Below are positions 7,996 through 14,883 of a DNA stretch of 39,604 bases, one piece after another. The notes beneath the pieces were generated by a model that worked only from the letters and a program-made list of their open reading frames with translations, made no database searches and was not told where the DNA came from. How positions within the stretch are numbered: the first letter of the stretch is position 1; each line of letters starts with the position of its first letter. Both the position numbers and the translations under genes were made by a program. This DNA comes from Gemmatimonadaceae bacterium (lineage in GTDB: Bacteria; Gemmatimonadota; Gemmatimonadetes; Gemmatimonadales; Gemmatimonadaceae), in NCBI GenBank assembly GCA_036003525.1, contig DASYSH010000339.1, positions 1 to 39,604 on the forward strand. The letters are read 5' to 3'.

Positions 7996-8637
7996 CTACT
8001 TCTTTGGCTTCGCCTTTTTCGCCGGCTTCTTCGCTTTCGCGGCCGGCTTCTTTGCGGGCTTGGATTTTTTCGCCGCCGGTTTGGCCTTCTTCACAGCCTT
8101 GACCGGTTTTTTGGCCGGTTTCTTGGCTGCGGATTTCTTCGCTTTCGGCGCGGGCTTGGCCGCCTTCACTTTCGCGACCTTCGCGGGCTTCGCCGCTTTG
8201 GCGGGTTTTGCCGCCGCAGCTTTCATCGCGGGTTTCGCGACCGGGGCCGGTGCAGCCTTCGCGGGAGCAGCGCTCTTCTTCAGCGCGGCCGCGGCGCTGG
8301 CGGCGGCAGCAGCGGCAATCGCGGCTTCGCCTGTCGGCTTCTCGGCCGGCCGGCGCCCGCGACGTCTCGGTGCGATGCTTCCGCCGAAAAGATCCGGCTC
8401 CTCTTCGTCGCTGCCTTCACCGGCATCGACGAGTTCCGTCGCCTCAGCGTCGTCGTCGTCGTCGGATTCTTCAGCGCTGTCCCAAAGCGAATCGCTCTGG
8501 TCCTTGTTTATCGCCCAGCCGCCATCCTCGTCTTCATCGTCGTCATATGGAATGCCGCCGCTGAAGCCGCCGAGTTCTTCTCCCTCGTCGTCGCGGTCGA
8601 AGGATTTTTCGCTGTTCATGCTATCGCCGCGAGTCAT
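7996..8637 (-). CDS. histone H1-like Lys/Ala/Pro-rich protein with strongly acidic N-terminal half
   Basis: ATG at 8637 is preceded by AGGAGG with a 4-nt spacer. The N-terminal half is D/E-rich (DDDEDEDGGW, EESDDDDDAEATELVDAGEGSDEEEPD). The C-terminal ~110 aa consist of degenerate AKKPA/KPAAK repeats ending KKAKPKK. Confidence 0.7.
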   Translation of the reverse strand: MTRGDSMNSEKSFDRDDEGEELGGFSGGIPYDDDEDEDGGWAINKDQSDSLWDSAEESDDDDDAEATELVDAGEGSDEEEPDLFGGSIAPRRRGRRPAEKPTGEAAIAAAAAASAAAALKKSAAPAKAAPAPVAKPAMKAAAAKPAKAAKPAKVAKVKAAKPAPKAKKSAAKKPAKKPVKAVKKAKPAAKKSKPAKKPAAKAKKPAKKAKPKK

Positions 8638-8641
8638 GGTG

Positions 8642-8647
8642 CCTCCT
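8642..8647 (-). promoter_or_regulatory. Shine-Dalgarno AGGAGG for the H1-like gene
   Basis: Plus-strand cctcct at 8642..8647 is AGGAGG on the minus strand, 4 nt upstream of the ATG at 8637. Confidence 0.6.
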
Positions 8648-8679
8648 ATCGAAATAAAAATGCCCGATGCTACAACCGC

Positions 8680-8708
8680 TGAATACACTGGTCGAGTCAA
8701 ACCGTCAA
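8680..8708 (-). promoter_or_regulatory. candidate sigma70-type promoter (TTGACG-17-TATTCA) for the H1-like gene
   Basis: The minus strand reads TTGACG (8708..8703), then 17 nt, then TATTCA (8685..8680), about 40 nt upstream of the ATG. This is a motif match only. Confidence 0.35.
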
Positions 8709-8760
8709 GCGCCGTCAGACTACGGCGGACACGCCTACTATGCTGTCCAAGCGCACACAG

Positions 8761-9870
8761 TTAGTGCGCTTCGTCGATGAAATGCAAGGACGTGCGGCCG
8801 AGCACCATTCTGCGCAGCGCCGCCATGACCGAAGGATCGAGATGCGCGCCTGCGGTGCCCGACAGCAAGTCGAGCGTTTCCACCGGCGTAAGCGGTTCCC
8901 GGTATGCACGGCGCGAGGTGAGCGCGTCGAACGCGTCGACTGCGGCCAGAATACGTCCGCCGAGCGAGATTTGTTCACCGGCGAGTTGACGGGGGTAGCC
9001 GCTGCCGTCCCAGCGTTCGTGATGATCCTGAATCGCCGGCAATACCCGCGCGAGCGGCGTGAGCGGCGTCAGGATGTCCATGCCGATGCGCACATGCTCT
9101 TTGACGCGCGTGTATTCCTCTTCCGTGAGCGGCCCCGCCTTGTGCAGCAGCGCCTCGGGGATTCCGATCTTTCCGATGTCGTGGAGCTGGCCCGAGAGAC
9201 GCAGGTCCTCGACTGTATCGTCCGGCAATCCCATGGCGGAGGCGATCGCCGCGCTCATCGCCGCGACGCGCTGCGAGTGACCGCGAAGAAATGGATCCTT
9301 CGCCTCCTGCGCGTTGACGAGCGCGCGCACGATCGAAATCGAAATCTCGGCGAGCAGCGCCTGCTCCCGGCGGAGCTCCTCCGTGCGCAGCGCGACTTCC
9401 TCGCGAATCATCCGCTCGACATTGCGCTGCTGAATTTCCATATCGCGCTTTCGGAGCGCGCGCTCGACGGCCTTGGCGAGGTCGTCGAGCTCCACGGGCT
9501 TCATGAGGTAGTCCATCGCGCCGTGGGCGAGCGCCTCCGTGGCCGTCGGCGCGTCGTTCACGGCGGTGAGCATGAGCACGGCGATGTCCGGACGCAGTTC
9601 GATCGCGCGCGGCACGACCTCCGTGCCCGACATGCCCGGCATGCGGACGTCACACAAGAGCGCATCGAATCGTTCGTTCTGCAAAATCTCGAGCGCGGCC
9701 GCGCCGCTGTCGGCGACGGCGACGTCGTAGCCGCGCGCCTTCAGAAATTTTCCCATCGCATTGCGGATCGACTCCTCATCATCGACGACGAGCACGCGCC
9801 GCACCGCGGGTTCACCGATGGCGCTGAACGCGCGCGAAATGCGCACCGATGCGGGAGTCTGCTCGCTCAT
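8761..9870 (-). CDS. response regulator: REC domain + HD-GYP c-di-GMP phosphodiesterase domain
   Basis: 369 aa. REC segment (VLVVDDEESIRN...DALLCDVRMPGMSG...MDYLMKP). HD-GYP segment (GHSQRVA...LHDIGKIGIPEALLHK...HHERWDGSGYP). Confidence 0.85.
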   Translation of the reverse strand: MSEQTPASVRISRAFSAIGEPAVRRVLVVDDEESIRNAMGKFLKARGYDVAVADSGAAALEILQNERFDALLCDVRMPGMSGTEVVPRAIELRPDIAVLMLTAVNDAPTATEALAHGAMDYLMKPVELDDLAKAVERALRKRDMEIQQRNVERMIREEVALRTEELRREQALLAEISISIVRALVNAQEAKDPFLRGHSQRVAAMSAAIASAMGLPDDTVEDLRLSGQLHDIGKIGIPEALLHKAGPLTEEEYTRVKEHVRIGMDILTPLTPLARVLPAIQDHHERWDGSGYPRQLAGEQISLGGRILAAVDAFDALTSRRAYREPLTPVETLDLLSGTAGAHLDPSVMAALRRMVLGRTSLHFIDEAH

Positions 9871-9882
9871 TTTTGCGCGGCG

Positions 9883-10737
9883 CTATTGGCGTGGGCGGGG
9901 TGCGTCTTCGACGAATTCGACGGTCACACTACGGGGAATGATTCCCGCGGCGACGCCGCGCGCAAGCAGTTCGCGAATTGCGTTCCGACCGCGATCGCCG
10001 TAATCGAGCGTCCAATCATTCACGTACATGCCGACGAACGTGTCCGCTTTCGCTCGATCCAAGCCGCGCGCGAACCGCATTGCGTGATCAAGCGCCTTCT
10101 GGCGATGTTGCAATCCATATGCGATGCTGTCGCGAAGGTGTCGCGAAATCATCTGCATTAGCGGCAATCCAAGGTCCTTCCGGATGACGTTCCCGCCGAG
10201 CGGCAATGGGAGGGTCGTTTCCTGAAACCACCATTCGCCCATGTCGGCAACGAGGTGCAGTCCTCGGTCACCGAAAGTGAGTTGCCCCTCATGAATGAGC
10301 AGTCCGAGGTCTACTTCGCCGTCCACGACCGCATCTTCGATCTTGTCGAATGGCGTGAACACGGGCACGAAATCCGGCTCATAGAGGCGCAGCGCGAGAT
10401 ACGCGCTCGTCAGCGGCCCCGGGATCGCGATTCGCTTACCGCGCACATCGGCGCGTGTTGCAGGTGTGCGCGAGACGAGACGCGGTCCGTAGCGGTCGCC
10501 CATCGATGCGCCGCTGGTGAGCAGCGCATACCGATCGGTGAGCGATGCGTAGGCGTGAATCGACACGGCGGTGACTTCAAGTTCGCCGCGCAGTGCGCGC
10601 TGGTTCAGCGTTTCGATGTCCTGCAGCTCGTGGACGTACTTGATGCCGTCGGTTTCGACGAGTCCTTCGGCGAGGGCGTAAAACATGAACGCATCGTCCG
10701 AGTCCGGGCTATGTGCGACGTGAATCACTCGCGTCAC
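9883..10737 (-). CDS. MqnA/MqnD/SBP-family (VitK2_biosynth-like, futalosine-pathway-related) protein
   Basis: 284 aa with a GTG start overlapping the upstream stop (GTGA). The N-terminus VAHSPDSDDAFMFYALAEG...LEVTAVSIHAYASLTDRYALLTSGASMGDRYGPRLV parallels the MqnD-type motif (SPCPNDTF.F.AL ... YALL.CG...G.GP). The exact enzymatic role is not assignable by eye. Confidence 0.6.
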   Translation of the reverse strand: MTRVIHVAHSPDSDDAFMFYALAEGLVETDGIKYVHELQDIETLNQRALRGELEVTAVSIHAYASLTDRYALLTSGASMGDRYGPRLVSRTPATRADVRGKRIAIPGPLTSAYLALRLYEPDFVPVFTPFDKIEDAVVDGEVDLGLLIHEGQLTFGDRGLHLVADMGEWWFQETTLPLPLGGNVIRKDLGLPLMQMISRHLRDSIAYGLQHRQKALDHAMRFARGLDRAKADTFVGMYVNDWTLDYGDRGRNAIRELLARGVAAGIIPRSVTVEFVEDAPRPRQ

Positions 10738-11486
10738 GGTTTGGCTTCTCCAATTGGTTTGAGGGCCGCGTCGATATCCGGCGCGTGCTCTTCATACTCT
10801 TTAATTTTCTTTGCGCGTTCGGCTGGGGCGGCCGCAATAAGCCGGCGCTGGTATTCCGCCCGCGCTTTCATATCCTGCCGCAGTCCCGCCGCTTTCATTG
10901 CGAGCACGAGGCCGAGCAGGTGTGTCTTGTTGGTGGCGAGAATAGTATCGGCTTGCGCGCGCGCAAACTGCGCGTCGCCGCTCACGATGCCGATCATTCC
11001 CATATCGTAGCGCGCGTGGGAGTCGAGCGGGCCGATCATTTGGTACGCCTCGATCGCCATCGGCGCGAAAATTTTCAGACTGTCGGTCTTTCCCTGCTCT
11101 CCGTAGCGCATCACGCGGTCGAACAGCCGGCTCGCGCGCTCTTCGGGGCTCATCGACGAAATATCCGGTGCGCGAACTCCCGCGGGTGCGGCAGCCGCCG
11201 CGTCCGGTGTCGCGCCCGCCGAACTCCGGCTGACGCGCTGGCCGATCAGAAATGCGACGAGCGCCATCACGGCTATTCCCGGCACGATCCATGGAAGCGC
11301 CGACTTTACGCTCGGCGTCGTCGCGACCGACGCACCGCAGTGATGGCAAAATCGCGCGCCGGGTGTGAGTGGCTGCTCGCAGGCGGCGCAGTTGGCGCCG
11401 GAGAGGGCCGCGCCGCAGCTGGCGCAAAAATGCCCGGATGCCGCCGCCTTGCAGCCGGGGCATGTGGTGGAATCAGGTGAACTCAT
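10734..11486 (-). CDS. double zinc-ribbon, single-pass membrane protein with helical C-terminal domain (hypothetical)
   Basis: 250 aa. N-terminus CPGCKAAASGHFCASCGAALSGANCAACEQPLTPGARFCHHCGA, one TM helix (LPWIVPGIAVMALVAFLIGQ), then a helical repeat-like domain. Confidence 0.6.
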   Translation of the reverse strand: MSSPDSTTCPGCKAAASGHFCASCGAALSGANCAACEQPLTPGARFCHHCGASVATTPSVKSALPWIVPGIAVMALVAFLIGQRVSRSSAGATPDAAAAAPAGVRAPDISSMSPEERASRLFDRVMRYGEQGKTDSLKIFAPMAIEAYQMIGPLDSHARYDMGMIGIVSGDAQFARAQADTILATNKTHLLGLVLAMKAAGLRQDMKARAEYQRRLIAAAPAERAKKIKEYEEHAPDIDAALKPIGEAKP

Positions 11487-11642
11487 GACCAGAAAGCTAA
11501 GTGGTATAACACTTCCAGCGGGAACGGCGATGCGACACTGATTTGCCCCGCGCGCGACCGGGGGCCGATATTAACGTGTTGCGAAACGCCGCATCGGCGT
11601 CCGATGCTATTTCCGGTGTCTGTCCCCAGGTCCGAGGTTCGC

Positions 11643-13007
11643 GTGGCCGGCCCATCACGATCATTGCTCGCCGACCTCACCGGCGCGTCAAAAAAAGACA
11701 TTCTGAAGCTCGCGGAAACGCACGGAGTGCGGTTCCTGCGGCTCACATTCACGGACATTCTCGGCGTCAATAAGAACGTCGAGATTCCGTCCTCGCAATT
11801 CTCGAAGGCGCTCGACGGCGACATCATGTTCGACGGCTCGTCGATCGAGGGCTTCGTGCGCATCGAAGAGTCGGACATGCTGCTGTCTCCCGACCTCTCG
11901 ACGTTCAAGGTGTTTCCGGGCGGCGATCCGCAGAGCAGGGTTGGGCGGCTCATCTGCGACATTACGACGCCCGAGGGCCAGCCGTTTGACGGCGACCCGC
12001 GCGCGGCGCTCCGCCGGCAGGTCGCGCGCGCCGAAAAGCTCGGCTACACGATGAACGCGGGGATGGAAGCGGAGTTCTTCCTGTTCCGCCCCGCGGCGGA
12101 CGGTGGGCCGGCGACAACGACGCACGATGTCGGCGGCTATTTCGATCTCGCGCCGATGGATCTGGGCGAGGAGGCACGTCGCGCAATCGTCGACGTCCTG
12201 GAGCAGATGGGATTCGAGGTCGAGGCCGCGCACCACGAAGTGGCGCACGGCCAGCATGAAATCGACTTCCGTTATGCCGACGCGATGACCACCGCGGACA
12301 ACATCGCGACGTTCCGGTTCGTCGTGAAGCATGTGGCGCAGCAGTTCGGGCTGGTGGCGTCGTTCATGCCGAAGCCGGTGTTCGGACAGAACGGCAGCGG
12401 GATGCACACGCATCAGTCGCTGTTCCGTGAAGGACAAAACGCGTTCTTCGATCCAAAGGGGGAGTTCGAACTGTCGAAGATTGCGCACCGGTACATCGGC
12501 GGACTGCTCACGCACGCCCGCGGAATGTGCGCAATCACGAACCCGCTGGTGAACTCATACAAACGTCTCGTGCCGGGATTCGAAGCGCCGGTGAATGTCG
12601 CCTGGTCGATGCGGAACCGTTCGCCGCTGATTCGCGTGCCGGCACGCCGCGGAACGGGGACGCGGGTGGAACTCCGCAGTCCCGATCCCTCGGCCAACCC
12701 GTATCTCGCGCTCGCCGTGATGCTGGCGGCCGGAATCGACGGCGTGGTGACCAAGGCCACGTCTCGCGAGCCGGTTGAAACGAACATTTGGGAGATGTCG
12801 CATCGTGAGAAGCGGCGCCTGAAGATCGACGATCTTCCGCACGACTTGAACGAGGCGTGTGACGAGCTCGAGAAGGATGAGGTAATCACGGCAGCGCTCG
12901 GGCCGCACATCAGCTCGCATTTTCTCGCGGCGAAGCGGAAGGAGTGGCGCGAGTACATTACGCAGGTGTCGGCCTGGGAACTCGAGCGTTATCTCGCGAA
13001 ATACTAG
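11643..13007 (+). CDS. glnA: glutamine synthetase type I (GSI-alpha, Bacillus-like)
   Basis: Near-colinear by eye with Bacillus GlnA: FLRLTFTDILGVNKNVEIP, MFDGSSIEGFVRIEESDM, GYFDLAPMDLGEE, HHEVAHGQHEIDF, MPKPVFGQNGSGMH, NSYKRLVPGFEAP, NRSPLIRVP, NPYLALAVMLAAGIDG. A start at GTG 11643 is preferred because GAGG lies 5 nt upstream. TTG 11664 is an alternative. The track's ATG at 11604 lies inside a leader hairpin. Confidence 0.9.
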   Translation: MAGPSRSLLADLTGASKKDILKLAETHGVRFLRLTFTDILGVNKNVEIPSSQFSKALDGDIMFDGSSIEGFVRIEESDMLLSPDLSTFKVFPGGDPQSRVGRLICDITTPEGQPFDGDPRAALRRQVARAEKLGYTMNAGMEAEFFLFRPAADGGPATTTHDVGGYFDLAPMDLGEEARRAIVDVLEQMGFEVEAAHHEVAHGQHEIDFRYADAMTTADNIATFRFVVKHVAQQFGLVASFMPKPVFGQNGSGMHTHQSLFREGQNAFFDPKGEFELSKIAHRYIGGLLTHARGMCAITNPLVNSYKRLVPGFEAPVNVAWSMRNRSPLIRVPARRGTGTRVELRSPDPSANPYLALAVMLAAGIDGVVTKATSREPVETNIWEMSHREKRRLKIDDLPHDLNEACDELEKDEVITAALGPHISSHFLAAKRKEWREYITQVSAWELERYLAKY

Positions 13008-13062
13008 GGGCGCAATTGCGCGTGAAGTTTGAGCACGTTGTTCTCAGCATGATGCGCGGCGA

Positions 13063-14724
13063 GTGAGGGCGCGGTTTCGCGTCCTGTTCGCGGCGCTCGT
13101 GCTGTGCAGTGCGTCGCCGCTGACCGCGCAAAGCCCAGCCGCATCCCCGGCGGCGGGCTGTGCCGTCGACAGTCTCGATGCCGCGTTTCCGGTGCGCTGG
13201 ATCGGGACGCGCGTTGGACAAATCACCGTGCGCGCGCGCAACATCGAGACGCCGTTCAAGTTCGCGACGACTCTCGCACACTATGTCCATCGCTCGACGC
13301 AGCTAAACGTCGCGATGAACGAACTGAGTTTCGCGCCCGGACAGGTGATGGATTCGCTCGAGATCAAGGAATCCGTGCGCCGGCTTCGCGCCACGGGGCT
13401 CTACAGCGAAATCATTCTCGAGGGAACGCAGTGCACGCCCGGCGTCACGGACATGACGCTGTGGACTCGCGATGCGTGGAGCCTGAAGAGCAGCCTGCGG
13501 TTCGCCGAGGCGGGAACGTCGCGCGCGACATTCTCCGAGGTCAATGTGCTTGGCACGGGACGCGCGATCGCGCTCACCGGGGAAAACGTCAACGGGCGCA
13601 ATGCGCTGGCCTTTTCGCTGATAGATCCTCACCTGTTCAACACCCGCATCCGCGGAGCGGCGCTGCTGAGGACCTTCTCCGACGGCCGCGCGTGGGTGTG
13701 GAGCCTGCGCACACGGGAGCAGTCCGACCGCGACGTATGGCGCGCGGCGTTCACCAGCACGCAGGAACGCCGGCTGGGCAATGACTCTGCCACGAGCACG
13801 AACATCGACATCACCAAACGCGCTGATGCGTTCACGCTGACGCGGCTGCTGGCGATCAACGAGTTTGCCGCGTACGCGCTGGTGGTCGGTGCGGAGCATG
13901 AGTTCGCCGACGAGAACGTGACGCAGCCGGGTGGATCGCTGAGCCACAATTCCGTCCAGCGAAACTTCTCCGCGCCGCTGCTCGGACTCTCGCGTCGTTC
14001 GCGCCGTTTCGGATCGATCGACTGGCTCGTGCCCGGCCAGGCGCCGGCCGAGCTGCGCGAAGGACTCGACGGCGAGGTGGTGTTCGGCATGGGACACGAG
14101 CTGTTTCGCGATACACGCATTACGCATCTCGACGGCTGGGCGGGGATCACCGAGTTGCTCGGACCAAATACGGTGTTCACCGGCGACGTGTGGTCATCGG
14201 GATACTGGTCGCATGATTCGGTGCAGAACGGAACGTTGCGCGCGGCGCTGACGGTGATCCGGAAAGCGCAGAGGGGGATGTGGATCGTTCGCGGCGGGTG
14301 GGAGCACATCTACAATCCCGACCCGGATGTGTTCGCGCTTTCGACGATCGATCCGCTGCTGCGATTGCTCGCGCCGGCCTCGCGCCTCGCGGAGCAGGCG
14401 GCCAGCGCCTCGGCGGAGCGCTCGCTTCACATGTTTTCGAGTGAGGGCCGCTGGGTGCTCGACGGGGCGCTGTGGGTCTCGCTGTCCGACCGGCGCCGCA
14501 GCTTCGACGGCATCGCACTCGACCCGGCGAACTATCGCGCGATGATCGTGGGAATTGGTTTCCGCCAGATTCGCAACCAGCCGACCCAGGCGCCGATACG
14601 CCTCGACATCGGGCGCGCAGTGTGGCGATCGCAGGGACTGCCGAACCGGTGGATCGCGGTGCTGTCGACGGTGCCGTGGATCAATGCGGGACGAACGAGA
14701 GATGGACTAAGAGAGGCGAGATAG
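13063..14724 (+). CDS. secreted outer-membrane beta-barrel candidate, Omp85/ShlB-superfamily-like (one POTRA-like N-terminal domain)
   Basis: 553 aa, GTG start. Signal peptide MRARFRVLFAALVLCSASPLTAQ. POTRA-like segment (ELSFAPGQVMDSLEIKESVRRLRATGLYSEIILEG). Then a barrel-onset-like FSEVNVLGTGRAIALTGENVNGRNALAFSLIDPHLF and alternating beta-strand-like sequence. The family assignment is tentative. Confidence 0.45.
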   Translation: MRARFRVLFAALVLCSASPLTAQSPAASPAAGCAVDSLDAAFPVRWIGTRVGQITVRARNIETPFKFATTLAHYVHRSTQLNVAMNELSFAPGQVMDSLEIKESVRRLRATGLYSEIILEGTQCTPGVTDMTLWTRDAWSLKSSLRFAEAGTSRATFSEVNVLGTGRAIALTGENVNGRNALAFSLIDPHLFNTRIRGAALLRTFSDGRAWVWSLRTREQSDRDVWRAAFTSTQERRLGNDSATSTNIDITKRADAFTLTRLLAINEFAAYALVVGAEHEFADENVTQPGGSLSHNSVQRNFSAPLLGLSRRSRRFGSIDWLVPGQAPAELREGLDGEVVFGMGHELFRDTRITHLDGWAGITELLGPNTVFTGDVWSSGYWSHDSVQNGTLRAALTVIRKAQRGMWIVRGGWEHIYNPDPDVFALSTIDPLLRLLAPASRLAEQAASASAERSLHMFSSEGRWVLDGALWVSLSDRRRSFDGIALDPANYRAMIVGIGFRQIRNQPTQAPIRLDIGRAVWRSQGLPNRWIAVLSTVPWINAGRTRDGLREAR

Positions 14725-14743
14725 AACTGCGAAACTACGGTTT

Positions 14744-14850
14744 ACTGTTGGTCGGTTAACCACGGCAAATAATCAGTCCGGGCCACGAACCGTTTCGAAA
14801 TGGTTCGTGGCCCGGACTGATTTCCACACCTTGGTTAACCGACCAACAGT
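14744..14850. repeat. nested (compound) inverted repeat in the convergent intergenic region
   Basis: The outer arms are perfect 19-nt inverted repeats: ACTGTTGGTCGGTTAACCA (14744..14762) and TGGTTAACCGACCAACAGT (14832..14850). They enclose the inner 26-bp-arm hairpin at 14771..14822. Extra GTTAAC copies follow at 14857..14868. Confidence 0.8.
14771..14822. terminator. long hairpin, candidate bidirectional terminator between the Omp85-like gene and glnN
   Basis: AATCAGTCCGGGCCACGAACCGTTTC / GAAATGGTTCGTGGCCCGGACTGATT. The arms are 26 nt, fold back directly on each other, and contain a single G-T (wobble) position. The hairpin lies 47 nt after the plus-strand stop (14724) and 62 nt after the minus-strand stop (14884). 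The flanking runs are only weakly T/A-rich (AAATAAT on one side, TTT on the other). Confidence 0.6.
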
Positions 14851-14883
14851 TAGTGGTTAACAGTTAACGCGCATTTGCTGTTT

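Noticed and set aside
7996-8320. Repetitive DNA that might suggest a CRISPR or satellite array (also 33932..33991 and 19197..19312)
   Set aside because: The repeats are degenerate, in-frame codon repeats inside ORFs (KAAKKPA, PAGAA, poly-Gly). They have no unique spacers of constant length.
7964-8764. 266-aa plus-strand Phe/Ala/Gly-rich ORF
   Set aside because: It is the reverse-frame image of the Lys/Ala-repeat H1-like gene (AAG/GCC read backwards). The minus-strand gene has a strong SD and ATG.
8740-10161. 473-aa plus-strand ORF. Similar long antisense ORFs lie at 716..1729, 4428..5726, 20096..21187, 23249..24223, 25741..26730, 27648..29006 and 34877..36556.
   Set aside because: Each lies opposite a gene with clear domain motifs. 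They are extremely Arg-rich with no recognisable motifs. Long open antisense frames are expected at this GC content.
11604-11642. ATG at 11604 as the glnA start
   Set aside because: The ATG sits inside the leader hairpin. It would add about 20 non-conserved residues relative to Bacillus-type GlnA. GTG 11643 has a GAGG at the correct spacing.
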